NCBI GenBank assembly: GCA_964566495.1
Contig: CAZMIT010000036.1
Coordinates: 1-15,164, forward strand
Source of the DNA: an uncultured bacterium
Lineage (GTDB): Bacteria; T1Sed10-126
Reading direction: 5' to 3'
Length of the DNA: 15,164 nt
Below, in pieces: positions 8,191-15,164 of the stretch. Under the pieces are notes generated by a model. That model saw only the letters and a list, made by a program, of their open reading frames with translations. It was not told the origin of the DNA and made no database searches. The position numbers and the translations under genes are program-made. Position 1 is the stretch's first letter. Every line of letters starts with the position of its first letter.

Positions 8191-10387
8191 CTTCTTCCCC
8201 GGCTCCCTGCTCCTCCCCCCCGTCTTCACTGTCGGCGGCGGCCTCTTTTCCGGCTTCAATTTCTTCGTCATCCGGGTAGCTTACCCGCTGGTGATGGATA
8301 GTAGTTAACATGCGGGTGAAAACTTCAACAATAACATTTAGATCTTTTAACGTCAGGTCACAGGCGTTAAGCTGTCCCGTTTTGAAACGGTCGTAAACAA
8401 TTGTTTCTACCAGTTCTTTAATTTTTTTGGAGTTTGGTTTATCAAGGGAGCGAGTTGCCGCCTCAACCGCGTCGCCAAGCATAAGTATGGCTACTTCTTT
8501 AAACTGGGGGATCGGTCCGGGATAACGAAACTCATCCTCAGTAACGTCCTCGCCGGCCTCGAGTGCCTTATAGTAAAAGGATTTCATCAGTGTTGTCCCC
8601 TGGTGCTGGGTAATAAAGTCAATAATTACTTCTGGCAGGTCAGCATCGCGAGCCATCTCTTCCCCCAGCTTTACGTGAGATTTTAAAATCGAAGCAGAAA
8701 GTGTGGGTTTCAAATCTCCGTGCGGATTTTCATCTCCCTGATTTTCAGTAAAATACTCCGGATTTGCAGCTTTGCCAATGTCGTGATAATAGGCGCCCAC
8801 ACGGGTAAGGAGCGGGCTCGCTCCAATCTCCCGGGCCGCCTCCTCACAGAGGTTACTTAGAATAATACTGTGTTGATATGAGCCCGGAGATTTTCGAAAA
8901 AATTCACGCAACAAGGGGTGGTTAAGATCGGCCAATTCGTGTAGTTTAAAGTTAGTGGTAATATCAAATCCGCTCTCCCAGAAAGGTAACGACCCGATAG
9001 TTATGAAGGGAACAGCGACAGCTCCGTTAAGTATTGACCAGAAGATAATCCCCCCCAGTTCAAAAGAAAAGTAATCTGCAGTCCGCAAGACATACAGAAA
9101 GACTGCCACCAGGATCTGGACAGCGGCTATAATGACACCGTTGCGCAGCAAGGTGGTTCGACGTTCAACATCGCGGCTGAAGAATATCCCGACGATCCCT
9201 CCGAAAATAAAAGCGGCAAGCAGTTCAATTTTAAGACCAAAAAAGGTGACCACAACCAGAGCCAGAAAGGGCACTGTTAAAAAAGCCAGCTGTGAACTAA
9301 GTAAAATTGTGATTAACACGGGCGCAGCGGCGAAGGGGAAGAAAAAATCAAAGTTTACTGGCAGTCCCGGTCTTAGCAGCTCAAAAATTTTGGCAATTAA
9401 AACAACTATCACAACAAGTAGTGAAATTAAACCAACTTTCTTCGGTCGCTCCAAGAATTCCGGCTCAAAAGAGCGCATGAACAGATAAAGTAAAAATACC
9501 ATTAAACTGGCAATAAATAAGTTGGTAAGCATTATCCAGAGATGAAAACCAAAGTCAGCCCGGCTAATTCGACGCAGTAAATCGTATTTTTCAGGAGTAA
9601 CTTCCTGACCGGCTCGCAGAATAAGTTCATCCTCCTCGATAACGTCATAAACAGGCTCCGCTCGCTCATAAGCCGCTGATACCGCCCTGTCAAAATGTGA
9701 GCGTGAGAAGAAAACATTTGGTTCCAGAATCTCCAGCAGATATTCTATAACTTTCTCTTCGTAAGGATAACGGGGGAAAAGTATTTCGATTACTTCACTA
9801 ACCCGTTCCTCCAGCTCCTTCGCTTCAAACCAGCTCTGTTTTGCCTCCGCCAACTTTATTTCTTTACGCGAATCAACCTGGTTTTCCGAGCTCTCCGATA
9901 TGACCTCTAAAATTCCTTGTTCCTGGTGTTCAAACAGCTCAAAAACGTCACGGTCTTTTACTATACCGTCTTCTAACACATACTCCCCCACCAGCACGGC
10001 CACTTCCGCGAATCTTTCCCACTCTGCTTCCCCGGTCGGATAACGCTCGCCATTTTCCTCTCCAACGGCCTGGCGTAACTCATCTACCTGTTGTTCAATT
10101 GCCTCGATCAGTTCAGAGGTACGTTGGTGGTTAAGAACAAATTTTGGTTTTATAGCAGCCAACTGCTTCTCCTCGGCCTGTTCGGATTCAGCCGGGTTAT
10201 AAAGCCGGTAGTCACGGTGAGCGCGATAAGTCTCCGGACTCGGTTCGCCCACTTCCAACACACGTAAATTTATTGTCTCCCGCACCGGCAACGACAGGGC
10301 CCCGATAGCCAGCACCGTACAGACAACTATAATCCCAACCAGCCGAAGCCTCAGCTTTCTTTTAATTTCTTCTTTTTTAGAAGCCAT
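8180..10387 (-). CDS. pgpH: 7TM-HD (HDIG) membrane phosphohydrolase, PgpH/YqfF type, putative c-di-AMP phosphodiesterase
   Basis: One N-terminal TM helix, a large extracytoplasmic domain ending in EDELILRAGQEVT, about 7 TM helices, then LHELADLNHPLLR..PGSYQHS..GAYYHDIGK..PEYFTENQ..NPH..HVKLG..QHQGT..FRYPGPIP..MLGDAVEAATRS. Lies between phoH and ybeY as in Bacillota. TAATG overlap with the phoH stop. Confidence 0.88.
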   Translation of the reverse strand: MASKKEEIKRKLRLRLVGIIVVCTVLAIGALSLPVRETINLRVLEVGEPSPETYRAHRDYRLYNPAESEQAEEKQLAAIKPKFVLNHQRTSELIEAIEQQVDELRQAVGEENGERYPTGEAEWERFAEVAVLVGEYVLEDGIVKDRDVFELFEHQEQGILEVISESSENQVDSRKEIKLAEAKQSWFEAKELEERVSEVIEILFPRYPYEEKVIEYLLEILEPNVFFSRSHFDRAVSAAYERAEPVYDVIEEDELILRAGQEVTPEKYDLLRRISRADFGFHLWIMLTNLFIASLMVFLLYLFMRSFEPEFLERPKKVGLISLLVVIVVLIAKIFELLRPGLPVNFDFFFPFAAAPVLITILLSSQLAFLTVPFLALVVVTFFGLKIELLAAFIFGGIVGIFFSRDVERRTTLLRNGVIIAAVQILVAVFLYVLRTADYFSFELGGIIFWSILNGAVAVPFITIGSLPFWESGFDITTNFKLHELADLNHPLLREFFRKSPGSYQHSIILSNLCEEAAREIGASPLLTRVGAYYHDIGKAANPEYFTENQGDENPHGDLKPTLSASILKSHVKLGEEMARDADLPEVIIDFITQHQGTTLMKSFYYKALEAGEDVTEDEFRYPGPIPQFKEVAILMLGDAVEAATRSLDKPNSKKIKELVETIVYDRFKTGQLNACDLTLKDLNVIVEVFTRMLTTIHHQRVSYPDDEEIEAGKEAAADSEDGGEEQGAGEEDED

Positions 10388-11328
10388 TAACCGTCATCCT
10401 CGCTCTCATAGGCGTCAATTATATTTTTTACAATGTCGTGCCTGATAACATCCCGGCGCGAAAACTCGACAAAGCTGACGCCCTCAACTCCGTCCAGGAC
10501 ACGCTGCGCGTGAACCAGACCGCTCTCTACCGCTTCCGGCAGGTCTATTTGTGTGATATCGCCGTTAATCACTGAACAGGAGTTTACCCCGAGCCGGGTT
10601 AAAAACATCTTCATCTGGGCGGTGGTAGTATTTTGCGCTTCGTCAAGAATGACAAAGGAGTCCGCCAGTGTTCGGCCTCGCATAAAGGCCAGCGGAACTA
10701 CTTCAATAATTCCCTCTTCAAGCAACTCGTTACAGGTTTCAAAGTCCATCAGATTATATATTGCGTCGTAAAGGGGCCGCAGGTAGGGATTTACCTTTTC
10801 CTGTAAATCACCAGGCAAGAACCCCAGGTTTTCCCCCGCTTCAACTGCCGGACGCGCAAGCACTATACGTGAAAATTTATTTTGCTGCAGATAAGTCAGG
10901 GCCATCGCCATGGAAAGATAAGTCTTCCCGGTGCCAGCGGGACCGATCGCAAACACAACAGAATGATTGCGTATCGCCTCCACAAACTGCTCCTGAGCTA
11001 CAGTACGCGGATAAACGGGCTGACCGTCCCGTGTTTTCATAATTACGTCTCGGGCCATCTGGGAAGATTTTTCGGCGTCCTCAAACCAGGCGTCAAGAAA
11101 ATCAGAAAATTCCCCGGCCTCACCATTCTCACGCAAAATTTCCAGATAATCGTTAAGAATTTCGACGGTTTTTGATACGCCTTCTTCTTCTCCCTCAAGT
11201 ATTAGCGTCTGCCCCCGGGGAATCACGGTCACTGGAAGTTTTTTTTCGAGCAACTGGATATTGCTGTCCAAAGAACCACAGACGGCGAGAACTTCGTCCT
11301 CGTCGCGTAACTGTAGCTGTTTATTCAT
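10387..11328 (-). CDS. phoH: PhoH-family ATPase (YbeZ/PhoH-like)
   Basis: GPAGTGKTY, RPAVEAGENLGFLPGDLQEKVNPYLRPLYD, PLAFMRGRTL, ILDEAQN, GDITQIDL, DVIRH. Start uncertain (11340, 11337 or 11328). I chose 11328 for its spacing from GGAGG and its overlap with the aspS stop. Confidence 0.95.
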   Translation of the reverse strand: MNKQLQLRDEDEVLAVCGSLDSNIQLLEKKLPVTVIPRGQTLILEGEEEGVSKTVEILNDYLEILRENGEAGEFSDFLDAWFEDAEKSSQMARDVIMKTRDGQPVYPRTVAQEQFVEAIRNHSVVFAIGPAGTGKTYLSMAMALTYLQQNKFSRIVLARPAVEAGENLGFLPGDLQEKVNPYLRPLYDAIYNLMDFETCNELLEEGIIEVVPLAFMRGRTLADSFVILDEAQNTTTAQMKMFLTRLGVNSCSVINGDITQIDLPEAVESGLVHAQRVLDGVEGVSFVEFSRRDVIRHDIVKNIIDAYESEDDG

Positions 11329-13102
11329 CCAGTTCATCAACCTCCAGGTGCAATTCCTGTAGTTGTTCCTCTGAAATTTCTGCCGGCGCCCCGGTCAGCG
11401 GATCTGTCGCTCGCTGAGTCTTGGGGAAGGGAATAACGTTGCGAATCGTCTCCTCCCCGGCCAGCAGCATCAGCAACCGGTCAAATCCAAAAGCTATTCC
11501 GCCGTGCGGCGGCGCCCCATACTGGAGCGCTTTAAGAAGAAAACCAAACTTCTTCCGGGCTTCCTGCTCGCTTATGTCCAGCGATTCAAACATAAGCTGC
11601 TGCTGTTCCACCCGGTGGTTACGAATACTGCCACCACCAATTTCAACCCCGTTCCAGACAAGATCATAGGCGCGAGAATAAGCATCTTCAGGCTCTTCGG
11701 GTAGCTTGTCGCTCGATTCCGAAGCCGGGGCAGTAAACGGGTGATGCATAGCCTCATAACGACCCTGGCGCTGATTGTATTCCAATAGCGGAAATTTCGT
11801 CACCCAGAGCAGCTCGTGACTGTCATCAATCAGCTCCTCTTCCCGGGCAACTCGCTGACGAATTTCCCCCAGAACACTATTAACCACGTTTTGTTGATCG
11901 GCCATGAAAAAGATCAAATCACCGTTTTCCAACCCGGTTTGTTCAATCAATTCATCTTTTTCCTCGTCGGACAGAAACTTAGCGATTGGTGACTGCCAGC
12001 CCCCGGCTCCAACCTTGATCCAGGCCAGCCCTTTAGCGCCAAGCGACTGAGCATATTCCGTATATTCATCAAGCCGGGAACGTGTCCACTCCTCTCCCCC
12101 GGGGACGACCAGCGCTTTTATAATCCCCTCGTCGTCCAGCACCGATTTAAAGACTCCCAGCTCCGTCTCGCTAAAAATATCGCTAACTTCTTCCAGTTCC
12201 AGGTCATAACGAAGGTCCGGTTTATCGGTTCCAAAACGACTCATCGCCTCCTCGTAACTCATCCGGGGGAAGGGCGGTTCCGGCAGATCTATACCGGCTG
12301 CCGCTGCGGCGGCCTTCACAATTCCTTCGGAAATTTCGTAAATATCTTCCTCTTCAACAAACGATGCTTCAAGATCTATCTGCGTGAATTCCGGCTGCCG
12401 GTCAGACCGTAAATCCTCGTCTCGAAAACACTTGACTATCTGAAAGTAACGGTCCGTCCCAGCACACATTAACAACTGTTTGAACAGTTGTGGTGACTGT
12501 GGTAAGGCGTAAAAACGGCCGGGGTTTACACGGCTGGGAACCACGTAGTCCCTTGCTCCTTCAGGAGTCGAACGGGTCAGTATGGGGGTCTCAACCTCCT
12601 GAAAACCGGTCTCGCTTAGATATTGACGCACTTCCTGGGCAACCCGGTGGCGCAGGGCCAGGTTTTCCTGCAGACGAGAACGACGCAGTTCCAGGTAGCG
12701 ATACTCCAACCGCAGGTTTTCCCGGGTCTGTTCCGCCTCGTCAAGCGGGAACGGTGGCGTTTCCGCTTCGTTAAGCAGCCTCAGTTCCTCCGCCTCCAGC
12801 TCAATAGTGCCCGTTTCAATATTGGGATTAATCGTCTCTTCAGAGCGGGGCCGAACTTTTCCCTCAACTTGAATCACATACTCGCGCCGCAGCTCACCAA
12901 ATAAATCATGTAGCTCCTGGTTCTGGTCACGATCCACTACCACCTGCAGCAGTCCGCTGCGGTCCCGCAGGTCAATAAATATAACTCCCCCGTGGTCGCG
13001 CCGGGAGTCTACCCAACCCGCAACCGTAATTTTTTTATTAACTTCCGCCTCACTCACCCGGCCACAGTAATGTGACCGGTAAGATGTCGCTTCGTCTGTC
13101 AT
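11321..13102 (-). CDS. aspS: Aspartate--tRNA ligase (bacterial type, with GAD domain)
   Basis: YRSHYCG, RRDHGGVIFIDLRDRSG, STPEGARDY, ALPQSPQLFKQLLM, CFRDEDLRSDRQPEFTQID, HHPFT, GGGSIR, GAPPHGGIAFGFDR, VIPFPKT. ATG at 13102 preferred over GTG 13111 because that GTG is part of the SD AAGGTGA. Confidence 0.98.
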   Translation of the reverse strand: MTDEATSYRSHYCGRVSEAEVNKKITVAGWVDSRRDHGGVIFIDLRDRSGLLQVVVDRDQNQELHDLFGELRREYVIQVEGKVRPRSEETINPNIETGTIELEAEELRLLNEAETPPFPLDEAEQTRENLRLEYRYLELRRSRLQENLALRHRVAQEVRQYLSETGFQEVETPILTRSTPEGARDYVVPSRVNPGRFYALPQSPQLFKQLLMCAGTDRYFQIVKCFRDEDLRSDRQPEFTQIDLEASFVEEEDIYEISEGIVKAAAAAAGIDLPEPPFPRMSYEEAMSRFGTDKPDLRYDLELEEVSDIFSETELGVFKSVLDDEGIIKALVVPGGEEWTRSRLDEYTEYAQSLGAKGLAWIKVGAGGWQSPIAKFLSDEEKDELIEQTGLENGDLIFFMADQQNVVNSVLGEIRQRVAREEELIDDSHELLWVTKFPLLEYNQRQGRYEAMHHPFTAPASESSDKLPEEPEDAYSRAYDLVWNGVEIGGGSIRNHRVEQQQLMFESLDISEQEARKKFGFLLKALQYGAPPHGGIAFGFDRLLMLLAGEETIRNVIPFPKTQRATDPLTGAPAEISEEQLQELHLEVDELDE

Positions 13103-13125
13103 TTTTGTCACCTTTCTTTTTAAAT

Positions 13126-13335
13126 CTAAAAGTTTTGCGTTTTGTAAGCAAGATAGTCCCTATCTTATTTTCTCATTCTTCCGAGTACTCAATCGAGAGT
13201 GTGATGAGCAACGAGTTTACGCTATTCCGGAGCCACCTGCAAATGTTTTTCTCATTCTGGGTTGCCCTCCAGGCAACTGAGAATAATGGCAAAAATATAT
13301 CGGACCTCAGAACGGGTAACCCGCAAAATTTTTAG
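13126..13335. mobile_element. Putative MITE-like non-coding element with 14-bp terminal inverted repeats
   Basis: CTAAAAGTTTTGCG (13126-13139) and CGCAAAATTTTTAG (13322-13335) are reverse complements at 13/14. Internal 12-bp direct repeat TTTTCTCATTCT (13168, 13247) and hairpins. No transposase or clear target-site duplication. Confidence 0.45.
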
Positions 13336-14610
13336 TTATAAATTTTCTCTGATTGTATTTACAAATTCATCAATATTACTATAGGGAACAGTCTCCTGCT
13401 CCCCGGAATCCATATATTTCAAAGTGATCTCCCCCGCCTCATGCTCCCGCGGACCACAGATGACGGTTAACCGGGCGTCGTAGCGGTTGGCCCGGCGAAG
13501 CTGCGACTTCATACTTTTGTCTGGATTGCCCACTTCGACGCTTATCGGCGACTCGGCTCGTCGGCAGGCCGCAGCCAGCGGTAGCATCGACCTGTAAATT
13601 TCTTCGTTCATCGGAATAAAATAGACATCCACCCGCACGTCGGTCTCCTCTGACTCATAGCTCCCCCGCAGAATCATTAACCGCTCAAGCCCGGCTGAAA
13701 AGCCAATCGCCGCGGCCGAACTGCCACCCAGTTCCTCCACCAACCCATCGTATCGACCCCCGGCCAGCACGGCGTCCTGCTCACCGAGCGCTGCGGATGT
13801 AAACTCAAAGGCAGTCCGACTGTAGTAATCAAGCCCCCGCACAAGATAAGGGTCAACCTCATAATCAACCCCGTAAACTTCGAGCAACTGACGTAACTCT
13901 GCGAAATGGTCCTGACATTTATCACAGATAAAAGCCGGCAGTCGCGGAACTTCCCGCCTGTAAAGCTGCCGGCAGTTCTCATTTTTACAATCTAAAACTC
14001 GCAGCGGATTTTCTCGCAGGCGGCGGTCACAATCCTCACACATCTTCGCCGCCAGCGGCTCCAGCTTATCGCGCAGTTGGTCGACGTAACCTGGCCGGCA
14101 TTGTGAACAACCGACAGAATTTAATAGCAGTGTTGTCTTTTCCACCTCAACCCGGCGCAAGTAGTCGCGCGCCAGGGCGATAACCTCGGCGTCAATCCGG
14201 GGACCGCTGCGTCCTATCACCTCTAAGCCAAGCTGATGAAACTGCCGCAGACGACCACTCTGGGGACGCTCGTGGCGAAACATCGGTCCAGCATAATAAA
14301 ATTTCAATTGATTGTGGTCGGAAGTCAGCCCCTTTTCATTGACCATTCTAACGACTCCGGCCGTATTTTCCGGCCGCAGCGCGACAACCCGATCGCCCCC
14401 CTGTTCTACCGTATACATCTCCTTGCTCACCACATCGGATCCACTGCCAAGTGAACGATCAAAAAGCCGCCCGTCCTCCAGCACCGGTGTGCTGACCATC
14501 CGGTAACCAGCGGCGGAGAAGACCCGACGACCGCAATCAATAAGCTCCCGCAGGTCCTCAGCACGATTGCCGAGGTAATCCTCCATTCCAGACAGCGCTT
14601 GTAGTTCCAA
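13336..14610 (-). CDS. hisS: Histidine--tRNA ligase
   Basis: DVVSKEMY, ALRPENTAGVVR, GPMFRHERPQSGRLRQFHQLGLE, LVRGLDYYSRTAFEF, AGGRYDGLV, GFSAGLERL. TTG start 2 nt after the metK stop, with SD GGGTGA. Confidence 0.98.
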   Translation of the reverse strand: MELQALSGMEDYLGNRAEDLRELIDCGRRVFSAAGYRMVSTPVLEDGRLFDRSLGSGSDVVSKEMYTVEQGGDRVVALRPENTAGVVRMVNEKGLTSDHNQLKFYYAGPMFRHERPQSGRLRQFHQLGLEVIGRSGPRIDAEVIALARDYLRRVEVEKTTLLLNSVGCSQCRPGYVDQLRDKLEPLAAKMCEDCDRRLRENPLRVLDCKNENCRQLYRREVPRLPAFICDKCQDHFAELRQLLEVYGVDYEVDPYLVRGLDYYSRTAFEFTSAALGEQDAVLAGGRYDGLVEELGGSSAAAIGFSAGLERLMILRGSYESEETDVRVDVYFIPMNEEIYRSMLPLAAACRRAESPISVEVGNPDKSMKSQLRRANRYDARLTVICGPREHEAGEITLKYMDSGEQETVPYSNIDEFVNTIRENL

Positions 14611-14612
14611 AA

Positions 14613-15164
14613 TTAGCTCACCCTGTCAGCCAGCAGATCGGCTCGGTCCGTCTTCTCCCAGGTGAATTCCGGTCCTTTACGTCCAAAATGTCCGTAAGCA
14701 GCGGTCTTCTGATAAATTGGTCGACGCAGCTCAAGATCATTGATTAAACCGGCGGGAGTTAGATCAAACTCTGCTCGCACCGCCTTCTCAATTTCGTTTT
14801 TTGGTATTCTACCCGTTCCGTGTGTGTCAATCATTACCGAAACCGGCTCGACTACACCAATTGCGTAGGCCACCTGGACCGTACACTGATCAGCCAGGCC
14901 CGCGGCCACCACATTTTTAGCCACGTAACGGGCCCCATAGGTGGCGCTGCGATCGACTTTGGTCGGGTCCTTCCCTGAAAATGCTCCCCCGCCGTGCGTG
15001 CAGTAACCGCCGTAAGTATCAACAATAATCTTTCTCCCCGTCAGACCGGCGTCGCCGTAGGGACCACCGCGCACAAACCGTCCCGTCGGATTTACATAAA
15101 GCTCTGTCCCATCCGTCAGCCACTTGCCCGGAATTACTTCTTCAACCAGGTGTTCTTTCAGGTC
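14613..15164 (-). CDS. metK: S-adenosylmethionine synthetase, C-terminal part (5' end outside window)
   Basis: Frame is open to the window edge: [90 protein letters not shown]. Confidence 0.98.
   Translation of the reverse strand, partial: DLKEHLVEEVIPGKWLTDGTELYVNPTGRFVRGGPYGDAGLTGRKIIVDTYGGYCTHGGGAFSGKDPTKVDRSATYGARYVAKNVVAAGLADQCTVQVAYAIGVVEPVSVMIDTHGTGRIPKNEIEKAVRAEFDLTPAGLINDLELRRPIYQKTAAYGHFGRKGPEFTWEKTDRADLLADRVS

Noticed and set aside
8191..8271. 27-aa N-terminal extension of YbeY
   Set aside because: It is an alternate-frame read of the HD protein's acidic tail. YbeY-like sequence begins at ATG 8190.
13072..13335. 87-aa + strand ORF spanning the hisS-aspS gap
   Set aside because: No recognisable motif or SD, antisense overlap with the aspS start, and it runs through the inverted-repeat element. 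It cannot be fully excluded.
13112..13335. T-box riboswitch upstream of aspS
   Set aside because: No UGGNACC T-box bulge motif or terminator U-tract found on the minus strand.
2639..14506. Many 60-130 aa antisense or off-frame ORFs inside the housekeeping genes
   Set aside because: They are nested in or overlap well-conserved genes, have no motifs, and their Ser/Phe/Leu-rich composition is what antisense reading of Glu/Lys-rich codons produces.
15072..15074. GTG start for metK given by the ORF track
   Set aside because: The frame stays open and MetK-like (YVNPTGRFV) to the window edge, so the real start is outside the window.

Overview
A bacterial core-genome window of roughly balanced GC, with every credible gene on the minus strand. 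In transcription order: metK (5' end cut by the window edge), hisS, a ~210-bp spacer bounded by inverted repeats, aspS, phoH, a 7TM-HD phosphohydrolase (PgpH/YqfF type), ybeY, a CNNM/CorB-HlyC protein, recO, glyQ, glyS, an mgtE-like gene, ~520 bp of repeat-rich intergenic DNA containing a sigma70-type promoter, and a 268-aa predicted outer-membrane beta-barrel protein that the ORF track missed. The genes are mostly housekeeping, and I see no defence, CRISPR, phage or transposase system. The items most worth a second look are (1) an MgtE homolog that has lost both canonical pore motifs (Asp432-equivalent to Tyr, GGNxG to SSAAA), (2) a composite non-coding region where covarying CGTCATT-capped palindromes sit beside two different inverted heptamer arrays, (3) a MITE-like inverted-repeat element between hisS and aspS, and (4) co-location of a putative c-di-AMP phosphodiesterase with two CBS-domain Mg2+ transporter homologs. 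All family assignments come from motif recognition by eye. No searches were run.
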